Origin: Raillietiella orientalis
Lineage: Eukaryota
NCBI GenBank assembly: GCA_036172245.1
Contig: JAYWIR010000025.1
Location: forward strand, 2,046,001 to 2,110,000
DNA: 64,000 bases
Reading direction: 5' to 3'
A program made the translations under genes and the position numbers. Below the pieces are notes generated by a model, which ran no database searches, was not told the origin of the DNA, and was given only the letters and a program-made list of their open reading frames with translations. Every line of letters starts with the position of its first letter. Within the stretch, counting starts at the first letter, position 1. Positions 48,901-63,000 of this stretch are shown piece after piece.

Positions 48901-51900
48901 ATCGTTCATATTCTACGGTGGTTTTCATTAGTGGTTTTCAAACTCAAATGGGCAGATATTAGCAAATCTAATGTATACATACTTTTATTTTGAATACTTT
49001 TCGTAAACACAAGCGTTTAAAGGGAACAAATCCTTGAAAGTTTTGAAATTCTCTTCCCACGGGATGCTAATCGTTGGCAGGTGTTCTCCATACATAGTAT
49101 AACTACAACTGCCCGTAAGCTATTGAGACGAGAAAAAATAAGCACTGATTTCTGGAAATAATCTTAATACACCGAGAGCATGATTGCGGAAAAGTGCTTT
49201 CTTTCTTTTTACCTTTTCGTAAATAACTTTTGAACAATTCAATGTAATTAAGTAAACGACGCCACAAGAACCAACGAATCACATATAATATTGGTGTGAC
49301 AAAGATTCGTGGTGATCATAAAGGACTAAGAATCGAAAACCATACAGAGGAAAACGGAGCAGTTTCCACTTTCGAGTAATATGTATTACACTGATGTAAT
49401 GCTGTGCCAACTTCAGGCCATCAAACAAAAGGGTAACTTTTCAAGAGCTGCTAAAACACTCCTCCCTCTAAGGTTCGAATTTAGATTCCTTTCAGATAGG
49501 GTTGCGTGTTGAAACACTTCCTATGGCACTCGGATGGGGTCAACTACACGCAGCAACGAACTGAAGACCGTCCTCGTGAGAATGTTCGTTGTTTTCCTCT
49601 CCCGAAAAATTACGGGGAATTGGAATGGACACACGTGATAGGGGGATAACGAGGAGTCGAAGTACCATTTGAGCTGCATCTCGGAAAATCAACAACGCAG
49701 CCCTTGGGCGATGATCCTTCTCTTGCACTTCTGAATCATCTTCTGAACAGTATTCGGGGATCTGTCGAGGAGGATGCAAAAGTAAAGACGGGAAAGCATT
49801 GAAATTTGAAGTACTTGGCAACACGAGTACGAGATCTTCGTGTCTGTTACGACTTGCAATATCGAATCTTTAACTGTTTTGTAAGGATGAATCAAAGAAT
49901 GAGTCCTTTGTGAATTGCAATTGCGGAAAGATTTGCAATAAAACTGCTGCTTTGATAGGTCAATGAATCTCATTAGCAAATCACGCCTATAAACACAGAT
50001 ATCGCGGATCATCACCTATTTTTCCCATTCAGGCATGTGAAGTTTGGTGATTTCATTAATAGTTTATATACCGATTTTTTAGTAAACAAGTGGTAAGAAG
50101 AAAAAAGAAAATTCTCTTAATTAGTGATCCAAATTCAGATGAAATGTGCTCTTCATGGGATCGTGGGGACTAAATCTAGCAGAAAGATCTCTAGAAATTG
50201 TTTCGTCTTTTGATAGACGCTTTCTTCAGTGGCAGTTTTTTCAAAGAGCAGTGCCATTTTTGCAAAGAAAAAGAGATCCTAGCTTCGTGCTACTGATGGA
50301 TGCCGAAGAAAAATGCTAATAGTACTTTTGCTATCACAGCAGAGCAGTGTTCCTAATGGAAGAATAAACGGAGCTGAAGTTCAAACCCTAAATGTAGCAG
50401 ATACATGGGACAGTTCTGCTTCACGACTGAATACGGCAAGAAGAGAATCACTTCTTTATTGATGATATAGTGATTTGAAGAAAAGCAATTAAGATTTTTG
50501 AAAACACAACTCTGAGAAATGAAGCCCAAGGTGATGGTGAAAAAATTTCTAAGAGATTTAAACTGAGGTCACGGGGGGGGGGGGGGATGTTGTCGAGAAC
50601 AAAACGATATGTGGCTTAGACAGCTTTTGATGGGAACGAGCAACCAAAAAGGGAACAGTGTTTCGAATAATACCCTAGATGGATTTGGATATCAACAACG
50701 TGTGATGTCTACCAGGTAAGAACACCCTGGTGCACAGCTTACAATTGCAGCCGATGCACTCATAGCTGCTGAGATCCAACGGAGCACTCTTACCATGGAA
50801 ATGATTTCAGTCAGGAAAGTGGACTTCTGTAGATGGAAACTCTAATTGAAGATTGAAATCGATAGTTGAGCGCCTTCATTCTGGATAAGTTTGAGAAATT
50901 GATGCACAACCACCTAAGATAACAAATGCTCTCTACGTAGCTTTGCATGGACTTGATGTGGGAAAAATGTGCACAGTGCACCACAGCGTGATTTTGAGAA
51001 CGATCATAACACGGGCAAAGAAAATTAACTTGGATATTAAAAGACACGGTAAGTGGGGGCACAATTTATCGTGGGGGCATCTGTGATAATTCTGTGAATA
51101 CTGAAAAAAATATTTAGAAATTCATCCGAACATTCGCATTTGTACGAGTAAATGAATTCACGCTTGAGAGCTGGTCGCACAGAACGCCTAGGAGAACAGG
51201 AATGTGCCCTCATTCTAGCAATGGTTTCGAATAAAATTCATCAGCACAGCTATCCAAGCGTTCAAGTACGACGTTGGGAAAAAAGTTCTGCTGGGGTATG
51301 TCTGAAACGACCAAACGTTGTCACATTGTAATGTTTGTTCGTCTCAGAGTACCGACCAGGAGAAATCCTTGAATTGCCTGCAGTCACGATTTCCCAATGG
51401 AGGAAAAAGAAAACAAATAGTTGAAGAATCCTGCTGTCCTGCCTCGCAACTTTGGCCTTATTGTTTTTATCGAGATGCGATCATTTTCGGGATCTAAACT
51501 GGAATGCACAAGCTAGACATCGGCTCCAAGAAATCGTCTTCACCTTGGTAAGTGACCTTTGTTTTGGTTCTTCCTGTGAATGGAGTGCCGTCATTTTGCA
51601 AAAAGTCACCTCGCTGGATATAGAACACCTCCCCAGAGAAACCCAATATCAGCTGCCTCCTCCACCAATTACGATCGGAAGGAAACAGCAAAATTCAGGG
51701 GGAAAAAATCATATTTAAAGCGCATAGAGAACGAGAAAAAGGGATCACTTCGAGTTCACTGTCTCTTTTTAGCAGCCCTAGGATGATCCTGTTGGCAACT
51801 TGCTTGATTGCGATCTACTTGGTCCTTCTCAAGGAAGACTCATTGTTCAGAAGAGGACAGAAAGTTCTCGAGTTTCTTTTTTTGAGATTTCCCAAACGAA

Positions 51901-54900
51901 GCAGTTGTGTATATATGTGTATATATATATATTCCCGCACCCTGCGAGTCTTGTGTCGTAGACATGAGCCGCATACGAAGATAAAGTAGTATCTACGTAG
52001 ATATTGAGCGTCATATAATAACAGAGGACATATCCGCAGCTCTTGTTCTTGCAAAAACCGCGATGATTTCGGCAGCATTTGACCGTTCTTGCTTTCAGTT
52101 TAAACCGATTGAAATTCCCTGTCTCCGTGAATAATTCATACATTCTCTGCGCTGCAAAGATCAGCATGGATGTGTTCTATATAAAATTTTGCGAGGAAAA
52201 CTCCTCATGCTGCAGATGGGAACAACAACAACAAAAAAAAAAAAAAAAACACCTTTTTGCCATTTTTGCTGCGAGGATGTAAAATTTTCGTATATCCTCA
52301 CAGCGATTTTTGGCGTTTTATATAATTACCACAGGCTGACCGGGATCTGGCACGATTGAAAACACGGGTTGCCACTGTCGTCTGGCGTTTTATTTTCTTT
52401 CGCTTTTTCGGACAGAATGGGGAGTGCGGCGGCATTGTTGGGTTTTAGGCTTTCAGAAAATTGCGTTAAGCACAGGGAGATTGTTGCCGCGGCCTTCTGT
52501 GCTCTTCCAGAAGGCAAAATTGGGCCCACGAAAACGAGCAGTGCGTTCTTCAAGTTCAGTGAACGTCAAATTTCCACCCTCATATCAGCTCTCATATGCA
52601 TGTGTGAGAGATAAACTTTTTTTTTGCGAAATTACGCAATTTTTCCTTGATTGAAACGCATGGATATCAGTAAGCACAAGAATTCCGAGGCAGTTAACAG
52701 ACACTTCGTGGAAATGGATTGACGGTATGGTTCAAAATCACAAAATTCCATTAGTGTGTGGTTTGTTTGTTGTCCTTCGGTTGTACAATTTTTTTCCGCA
52801 AATGCTGTATGGGGACTGTTATTTCTCAATGATCAGCCTTTTCGAGTAATCTTGAAACTGTGAATGCTACCATCAAAATGTCACTGTTAAATGTCAAAAT
52901 AATTTCAGTTCCCTTCTTTCTTGCCCGCAGTCCCCCAAGGAAAGAGGAATTCCCGGATCGCGAAGATCACGATGGAAAGTGAATTCCACGAACAGCCTGC
53001 AGTGGAAATGTTTGCATGCGTTCTCCGATTTCCAAAATATTATTGTCTGCACTTTGCATCTCGAGAGTTTGATTTTGTTTAAGTCGATTCGGGAGCTAAA
53101 AGAGTAGGAGTTTCGAAGCCATGCAGTGCATGGGCGCAGTCTTGAAGAAACTCCTCGTCTGCAGCTCTTGAAAATGTGAATAAATTACGTCCGAAAGGGT
53201 GACGCGGGCGGTAATGTTCTTTTAAAAAGCGTCTTTAAGCTTTGCCCTGTCGTCGTGGTCTCTGGGTCGGTTTTTCAACGCTATCCGGTGTTTCCTAGGT
53301 CATCGAGGGTACAAGTTGCACGGGTGGGGAGTCTCGAAACAGAGTTATAGGGTCCGTTAGCTAAAAATCACGATCCCCCCTCCCCCCCCCCCGTTCTCCC
53401 CGTCCTTTGGGAAAAAAGAGAAGGTTTTTTTTTTTTTGTTTGTAACTACGGTTTCATTCATTCCGCCCGTCTAATGAAGGAGTGAAGGTCTTTTCGATTT
53501 AACGGAACGTTTGTGTACAAAGTACAGTAGGGTTGCTTACGTATCTAAGCCTTTACAGAGTTGGAAGCGAACGACGGGTACACTTTGTACACCTCAGCTT
53601 TCCCTTTCTTTCCTTTCAAGCGTCTTCGGAGATTGGGCAGATCCGTTGTAAGCGTCAGGTCAGGATGAACGGGATGCCGAGCTGCCGCCTCCTCCGCGCT
53701 TCCCGCCTCCGGCATTCGACGTGAAAGTGCGCATTCCCTGAACTTCGCGGGTGCCGCAGAATTTCTCCGAAAACCTTCGACTTTCCATTCATCCCGGGCA
53801 GCATTCATCTTTGGGGTGAGGACGTTCCGTCCTCCATCGTCGTCGGCTTTTTCGAATCCCTTTCACTCGGTCGCCGCCGCCGTATTTCGTTACGAACGAT
53901 TGGACGGAGTAACCCTAGCAGAAAACAAGATTGCGATCGGTTCGTCGAGCTGCGTATCCAAGGGCGAACGGCTCGCTCGCCCTCTCGGCGGTCTTCTCGT
54001 GTGGGGGAGGAACCCAAAAAAAAAAAAAAAGGCACCGAAACTCACAAACGGGTATATGGTGTCCAAAGGAAATCCGCGGAGCTCGAGCGCATGTAGCACG
54101 TGTCTGCAAAGCGATCAGGTCATCGGATTGTTTATCCACTTTTTTTTTTTTTCTTCCGAGTGTACGTGTGCATGCCGACGCGCTGCAGCCGCCGTGTGTG
54201 AGACACGTTGCACGCAGCAACGATTAGGTACACGACACACACACACACACTCGACTGCAGGAGCTTTCCGTCGCTTCGGTAACAAGCTGAACGTGTTGCT
54301 TGCTTGCTGCTCGCATCCCCCTCCCCCTCCCCCGCGCACCTCTTGGGTGCTACACCCTCCTCCGTGTGCGCCGGTTCTAGGAATAACACATCATTTTTCC
54401 ACGTTACCGTAGTGACGAAGGCGGTGCTGAAGCTGCGTGCGGATTGCTGGCGAAGTGCACACACGTTGCCTCCGTTCAAGGACGCGCGCGTACCGCTTCG
54501 CTGGAAACGTGCTGCTGCCCGGCCTTTTTATTTACGTTGTTTTTTTTTTTTTTTCCTTCCTTTCTTCTCCCCCCCCCCTCCCCCTCCTCCACCATAAGAG
54601 CCGCAATTTTGCATTTTGCACCAACGTGGAAACGCGGGAGCACCAGGAGATGCTAAATCACGCTCAGCTTGGCGATGTACCTGCCAAAGCATGAGCTACA
54701 TTAATTAAAAGGAGATGAATCGAATGAGGACGAGCTTTGGAAGCAGACATTTGCCAGCTCCACGCACGTGACGTTGAAGATTAGCGAACAAACGCATCCT
54801 TCAGTGAAGCACACCGCATGGAATGTGTTATACATTTTGCTTCCGAAAATTCGGCGCCACACATCAATATGTAAATACATGTGTGTAGTTGTTCCTGAAT

Positions 54901-57900
54901 GGGGACTGGAAAGGAGGAACATGTCCAGATAAGCCTCGGTGGAGAGAGTGGAGAAACGTAATTATGTTTCTTTATGTAAGCAAAATTTCGAATGACGAGT
55001 GAATATCACATCCAAGTCCACATTGCTTATGGGTATGGCTGCATTCGTTACTGTGTTTGGCGAGCAAAGCAGCTGCCGCTCCGTATCCTTCTCATTTTTG
55101 CCAAAAAGCGAAGAGAAAACAAGGTATTTATTTGTGAAAATGTCTTGCCGAGCACGGCCGTTTCGTTTGCCGAAAACCACACGGAGCCGGAGGATTTTTC
55201 TGCAACTCCTGCCCAGCAGTGGGGCCTTCATGGCTCCTTCGCCTTTCTTTTCCATCTGGGTATGCACGGTGGCTCCTGGCCTGCGTATCCATGGTTCCGC
55301 TCGAAGAATTCGTTCGTGTGGTATACACAGCGCCTGATGAACTCGAGATTTTCGGCAAGTTTCGGGTGGTTTCCCCCTGCCCCCCCCCCCGTTGCCTCCC
55401 CTCTCCCCTCGAAGTTGTAAATAGTGCTTCCCGTGATCGCCTGGGCACATTATTTTTCGTCAAGTAGTTGCGGAAGCTCCTGCCGTAATTTCGCACGCGA
55501 CCTGCGACGGCCAATTCGATTTGTACGCGCGGGGTGTGAGAAGAGCAAGCCATGTACCAACAACGTCGTCCTACCGTGTGCATGTTGTTTAAAGTACATG
55601 CTTTGCTCCAAATTTCGAATGCCAGTTCGGCGTTGAGAGAGGGAGACGGTGAGAGAGAGAAGAGCCCTTCGCTCACGAGACCACATGTGCTTCGAAGCTG
55701 CGAAGAAGGGTTTCGTGTGTACCCTGCTCGGATCCGTCTACAGAGTTGCAGTTCAGTTGCATTTTGGCTATTTATGCAGTAATCTGGGCATGAATTTCTC
55801 ACCTGTGGCTTGCTTATCCACTTCTTTCGGAAGCGTGCTTTATGCGGTAATAGTTATTGGCATGCTTTGTTGGTGGTGTTGCCTCTTTTTTTGTGTCCTT
55901 GTAGCATTCTCCTTCGAGCCAGTGCGGTGTTGAGAATTCCGCTTTTCACTTTTGTCTCATCAAAGTGGAGTTTCAAGCTGTCTCGGGAGCGGAATCCGGT
56001 TCTCATTCCTCCGCACTCTATCACTTCAAGGAGTATGGAAGTTCTGCTCAAATTCGTTTTTTCAGTTCCTTGTCGACAGCTACGAATTCCCGATGAAGGC
56101 AGGTCGAAGTTTGTTGGACATAATCGAAGTTTCAATGCGTTTTTCGCAATTTAAAAAAAAGAAAAAAAAAAAAAGAAAAGAAAACGTAATCATAGCGTTG
56201 AACAGATAGCGTTTGTGTTTGCAATCTCGATGAACGCTGACGGAGGAGCCGGCGAGGAGGAGGGAACCGTTCCCGAATTCCGGGAATCGTAATTGATTGC
56301 CGCTCATCCGCTGACCTGAAATGTGGGTTAGTAATCCTTTGTGGGAGGCTCCCCCCACCTAGGGCATTCTTTCTTGCCCTCATTGCGGAAAGGAAAACAG
56401 TAAATATGCCCTGCGGAATTCGCTGTGGATGCAGCTTCACAAATCGAGACGTCCCATCACCGTCCAACGGGTTTCAGCCGTAAATTCTCCATCCACGAAA
56501 TCGTGCTATCCCGCAAACTCTGAATTTCTTCCCGTCATCTTTCGTTGTTCTTTAATGAGGACGTATGGATTGGATCTCCTAATGCTGAAAATAAAACCGA
56601 CTCCTGCCGTATGGAATTACTGTACACTAGCCACACCACCACGTGCACATTCGACGATCTCCATCATGTTATGCTAGAGGAAAGCACGGTGCGCCGGCCA
56701 AGTAGTCGCGAGGGCTATTCGCCAGAGTTAACAGCCCTTTCGATTCGTGAGAAATTTCTTTGCAAACGGAAATCCTCCTGTTTTTCCCTACTTTGGTGCA
56801 CTCTCGAACGCCTGCATGGAGGAGAAGGCTTCCTTAAATCTGCGTTTCCAACATTCGGCACAAACGTATTGTACTTGAAAAGTTGAAATAGTCCAGATAC
56901 CTAGCGAAACATAATTCCTCGTTTTCCCAAACTCCGTGAGGAGCGTAAAGGACCTTCCGCAAGGAAAGGCCGGCCTCTGGGGGAAAAAAAGAGAGAGAGA
57001 GCAACCTTGCAGCGAGGAGCATAATGAACGCAATACGTGAGCTTTTACAAGCACTTCAAGGTTTCTTGCGGAACGACAAGCGGACTTTCCAAGTGGACGA
57101 CGCAACGTGTACAAGAACGACCGCCAGCTCTTGCGATTCTCGATTTGTTTTACGGAAGCAATGGCTACCCTGTATGTGTTTGCCCATGTTTCGTACTTGG
57201 AAGTCCGGAAACAGGAGATCGGATTCCGGGATTGGTTATATGGTCCCTCCCCCCAAACCTCCACTCCTGTCGGATGTCGGAAGGACGTGCTGCTGCCAGG
57301 CACGCGTTCTTCTCGGCGTTGCCTGCGATGCATGGAGGTTTTCGAGATCTTGCGTGTGCTGCAGCACGGTACGCTGAACACGGATTCACGTTGGCAGCTT
57401 TGAGGTGACTTGTCAGAACTCCCCGGTGCGAAGGATTCTGGCTGGAGCTTCAAGCGCCGCTGCTTAGAAGATCTCCTGGGTGTGACTCGCGTATGAGCTG
57501 CTGGTTCTCGAAGATGAACAAGAGTCAAGGTTCCAGCAGCCAGGGTATCATCACAAGCCCAATTAGCAGCCGAACTCGAGTCAGATTTTCGAGCATCTTA
57601 CAAAAGCGAAACGCGCTGTGCATACCGTAGGGAAGCCCTCTCGGTGACGTGTCTTCAATGAAAGATCAATTCGTGGAATCTCACTTGGATCCAAGGGAGG
57701 ACACAGTCATCTGTCTCGCTTGCGTTCCGTAATTCCTTTTGGCGGGCGCGTTTTATTGCTTCTCAGGATCTGAAACAAACTATACGTCGTGTCCATATGT
57801 CGGGCAGTTGTCGTTCACCCCCCCCCCCTCCCCGCGCTCCCATTCCTACATCTGAGGACGATAATTTGCAAAAGCGTGATATATCCATTCCGAATGCGTT

Positions 57901-59658
57901 ATATGTATGTATATATATATATAATTTTCTGGCGAGCGGCGAGTATCAAAAAGAAAAAGAGCCCGTTTCAGAACCAGGAAAACTGGGACCCCTCCCCCCC
58001 CTTCAGATCCCAGGAAGCGAAGCTAAGTTTGTCCAACACACGAAGCAATGCATATAGGTAACCTGGGTTGATGATCTCTTTACCTCCATTAGAGGGGGGA
58101 CCCGTGGTTCTTGATGCATGGATGCATGCCTTCTCATCCTTCGAATTCTTTAATGAAAATAAGAAGAGGAGCTTTGGTGCCATAATTATTTGTGACCCGC
58201 AGAATACCATACTTTTAGAATCCCTCCAGGTTTCCCAGGTGTGCTTGACATGCCATCAACCACCTTGCTCCTTCGGAAGATTCTTCGATCAGAATAATTT
58301 GTCGACAGGAACTCTCCGGGATAAGATTTCCACGTCAGGGGTTTGGGAATCATTCTCGTGCTGACGTACTCCACGGGAACTTTGCCGTGTACCGAAACGT
58401 GTACGACAGGTGCCCCATGGCGCCGTCCGTTGGAGCGCAAATTTTTCCTTGTTCGCCGCCGTGCAGAGCACCTTTTTGTTAGGAAACGGTTTTCGGTTAA
58501 GACAGATGAGAGTTTCTGGAAAGTTCCCTCCCCCCCCCCCCCACGCCGCCATCCCCTACCGATCATCCAACGGTGGGAAAAGGGCTTCGTGTCCTGCCAT
58601 GTTTATTTTTCTGCGCTGTGTTTTTCTTCGCGTCTTGAAATTTGACGTTATGAGGAGGGTAATTAGCACGCCGTCTGCATTTCTATTTATTTTTCGGCTT
58701 CTCCGCAATGACGTCAGTCCCCCTTTTCTTGCTTTCAAAGAACGAGGGGCAAGCAAAAACGGCCCTAGACTGCTTAACGTGACCGGTGTGTTTGCTTGAT
58801 GGGGCACGTGCGTTATCATCAACAAGTGCTGCTTCAGCCTTGTTCCGATTGCCAGCCTCTTGTATCCGTGTGTTTCTTCACTGCAGTGGTTGCAGTCTCC
58901 CGTGTTCTTCCTGAACGAATGCTAGTCTTCCTGCCCGCCTGCTTGCGCATGTCACGTGCACATGCGGTCGGGATGTACAGTGTCCAGAAAGACGTTTACG
59001 TTATTTTATTTTTTGGGTTTCCTCCCCTGCGCTCCCGAGTCATCTAATGGACGGGCTGAGTGCCAGTTTCCGTGCAGCCGTACCTGGCTTTACAGCCACG
59101 GACTTTTCTTCCTTTGCCTCATTTCTGCATAATTACACACACACTTTGGGTATATCTCACATCTACGACTGGCACGATAATGTAGCATAATCTCGAAAGA
59201 TAAAGTTTGGAATCTGCCAACCGTGGAAACGGAAGCAAATTTAGCTCTTGGAGAGGTGGTAGTAAGCTGTGAGCGTTATCTTTTGAATATCCATTTAGAC
59301 ACGGGACTGGGTTAGGGACTACTGCTACCTGGGAGTTCAGGCTTGCTTCTTGAAAGCAGCGTTTTTTTTTGTTTTGTTTTGTTTTTTTATCGGCGCGAAC
59401 GTCGACAAGACATATATATAGCTGCAGAACTTCTTTTCTTGAGGTACACAGATGCGAACTGAAGGATGCGAAAGAATGCGGTAGAGATATGGGATGCAGC
59501 CTTTCTCGTTCCTTGCAAGTGTTGGCTTTTTTTTTCCTCCAAATTGCATTAAACAGGGAATTTGTTGCGGCTCCAATTTTCTAGTAGATTAGGATGCGGG
59601 TACACCAGTATTATCTTTTCGCGCTTTGCATTTTGGTTTATTGATTTTCATGTTTATC

Positions 59659-59694
59659 TATATACATATACATATATATATATATATATATATA
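59659..59694. repeat. (TA)n microsatellite, imperfect
   Basis: TATATACATATACATATATATATATATATATATATA read directly. Confidence 0.9.
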
Positions 59695-60036
59695 CATGTA
59701 CTTGCGTTACATTCGAGACCGTACACGTAGTGGCTTTCCAAGGGCGGATTTTAAAAGTTATAACGTAAAAATCCCGAAGCGTCCCCCCGAAAAGTACGCA
59801 TTTTTTTTTTTCTTTGTCCGTTGCCACGAATGATTTGCGCTTGAAAGCATTCTTTTAAAATACTTCCATCAGGGCTTCAATATGCATTGTAACCGTATCA
59901 ACCGGAAATGCAATGTAATTTACTTCTTATCCCATTGGCTTTTGCCAAATAAGGAGCGTCAAATTTCAAATTACTGGTGTTTTTCAAAAGTCGGAATGAA
60001 GGTGGTGTTTTCCCGTCTTCGTATTGACAACACCTT

Positions 60037-60080
60037 TATTATTATTATTATTATTATTAGTAGTAGTAGTAGAAGTAGTA
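60037..60080. repeat. Compound (TAT)n(TAG)n microsatellite
   Basis: TATTATTATT...TAGTAGTAGTAG read directly. Confidence 0.9.
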
Positions 60081-63000
60081 TTTATTTTATTTGTTGGGCA
60101 TAGTCAATTTCATACCGCGCAACCAGAAAATGATAGTGGTTTCTCAAGTAAGTTAGCTGATATATCGAACAGGTTGTGCGATTACAGTGCATTGATTTTG
60201 TTTGCTTTGAAAACCAAGTTTTTACGTGCATTTGGGGCTCAGGGTTTCCCAGTAGGAATGCACGTGCCAGCAGTGGTATGCTGGTGAGTCTGGGTATGGG
60301 TATGGAAATGTATAGAGAGATGCAGCCGGGCTGTATTCAGCGGGATGGGCAAAACGGTGTAAGTAAACCTAAACGTGTATACAAAAGAGTTATTCAAACC
60401 AGAGCCATGAGAGGTTTGGTTCAGGCGTTTTTCTCGAATGAATGAAGTGTGTGTGTGTGTTTTTGCTTAGTAAAACCCTTAGTTCCTTTTATTTAAAGTT
60501 CCTTGAGCCGGGGACGGAAACGGAGAGGCGATCACCGCTGGTCCAAAACTTCCTCATTAAAAGTGAATTCAGAATCCCTACGTTAAGTGGTGCCAGTACT
60601 CCTCCACATGCAGGTGTGGGCGTGGTTGTAGGTGGATTTGCGCGAAAACATATAGATTACGATCCTTTTTTTTTTTTTTTTTTTTCCTCGTCATCTTTTG
60701 ATTCTTTATTCGTTCGACCGTTCCGCCCTACAAAAGCTAAAGCCAGGCTTCGTTTTCTTTTTTCGAGTCTTCGATCGTCCAAGGCGTCGGAAATTCGTTC
60801 CAATGGGGAAAACGTCGACGCTGCAAATCCACGACACGAAACGTGGAAAATGTGAATGGAAGCGCAGAAATGCTTTGTGGGTATCCCTTTCGGTTGCTGC
60901 ACGCATCTGAAGTTTAGCCCAGTCGACCTATTTGACGTCATCCCTCCTTGGATTCTGAAAAACGATCTGGGTCTAACATGGCTGAGCGTGTTCCCGTACC
61001 AACTTCCTGCAACAGTTCAAGCAGAAATGTTTCCAAGCCAAAAAAGACGCCAGCAGTTCCAAACATTGCGGCGTTTTTGCCCAGGATGGGAGGAATCTTT
61101 TGGTGGTCGATTAAGGCTCTTAATGGGAATGCTGATTTTTCATTTCATTTGTCTGAAAGCAGACAGGCAGTACTCCTCGTGCCAAGTTTCCTTCTTCCTC
61201 TCTCTCTCTCGCTCTCTCCCTCCCGTAACAGTGCTGTGGTTCCGTAGAAAAAAGTACATTTCGAACAAAGCTAGCGAGATAGCAGTTTCAGAGTGTTTGC
61301 CTAAGGAGATGAGGAATCTCTGTTGGTCTGTTGCTTCCGTAGTATTCCCTTGATGGAGGTTGCCAAGGTTTTTCGGACGTGATTCCAAAGTGCTCTCCAT
61401 CTTTCAGGTCCACGCATTTGGTTGTAGCATTTTCGATTTCATTGGATTTTATCGTTATTTCCTTTGTTCAAAAGACTTGCAAAGCACGCTGATCACTGAA
61501 CGGAGTATGTAAGGAGGAGGGGAAGTTTGTTTTCCCCATTTTATGTGATGTCTTGCTTTCGTGTGTTGCTTTTCTTCATCGGAACGGGTGCAATCCGTGG
61601 TGAATTATCATTCCTTCGCTGCGGATGTAGCATTGCAAAAAAGGGACAACGAGTGGGATTCAAGTGGTTGGTTGGTGAAAATGTGGTGGTGGAGAGAGTA
61701 GGTAGCCACATGCAGGCACGGCAAATTCTGTTTACTCCGTGTGTGTGGTCTATTCCTGCTATCTCGTTGCATACCAGAAGCGTCAGCCTGGGTCATCGTT
61801 CCTTGTGGAAATACACGTCAAGAAGGAAAGGAAGGAGAAGGAAGCGACACGACAACATACAAGAACGATTCCGATCATGGACTGGCGTGAACTTTTTTGC
61901 CAACACTCCTGAAGCAGGAAGTGGTGTCATGATTGACGCATTATTAGTGCTCCTGCGTCTACTACAACAGCTTGCACAGTTGCCATCATGCAATCCTTGT
62001 CTCATCTGGCTCCGTATCACATCCTATAGCTTCGCCTCACGCGTGTTTAGAGACCAACGGAACCGATGCAAACGCAGATGGTCATCGTGACGTTGGTCCA
62101 AGAAGGCGCATCTGAGTCGTTTCTAGGTTTTCAAAAGTCGGTGGTATCAGACATGAAGGGTGAGGCGCTTTCGCACAGTAAACGCCATGATATGTTGATC
62201 CTGTGTCCTCATAAAGATGCCCCTCCATAACGCATCTTGGCTCACTCTCCGTACTCATGAACTCCGCCTCAGAACGAGTCTGAATACACGATCTTTGAAA
62301 AAGAATTCCTTGTAAGTGGTGGACGGCCGGGGACAGTTTTGTGACGGTCAGTGCGAAAGGTTTGTGTGCCGCGCGGATTTCTGGAGTCTGTCTTTGCGTT
62401 ATGCCCTGCAGACCTGGTGGAGTCTGGAACGAAGCATAGCAGGAAAAGAGCGGCTCGGATTAGTCAAGAGGTCGGATGAGAGGGATCCCGTCTAAGAATA
62501 GATCGAACGGGATTTTCTCTATGTTCCAAGAATACACACGGTTTGAGGAGATGAGCGGAAAAATCTGGAGGGACATCTGAAGAGTAAGCTGGAAGGGATG
62601 GTTTTAAAAGTGATTCAGTGGCGTTCTGAAGAGACTGCGGATCGTTTTTTTTTTTTTCTTCTTCCTTCCTTTTTCGGTTTAGTTTGTTTACTGGACCTCC
62701 GTAGCCGCTTCATAGCCATACCTTAGTCTCGATTAAGTCTTGTAGTTGTTTTTTCTAGTATCTCGCAATGGAACACTTTGGATTCGAGGATCGCACGGGA
62801 CGGAAATACGTTAACTTGAACGGACTTCTGTTAGATTACGTTACGCGAGGTCAAGTCGAGCGGCTCCGGTGTTCCACAAAGTGCGATGGGATGGGTGCAC
62901 GTGGCCTGCCGCTTGCTTTCGAGAAAAATCGGAATGTGTGTTGTTTTGACTACAGACTTGTCTTCAGCGTCCCAGCAGAGAGTGGGGAAACGGCATTTAC

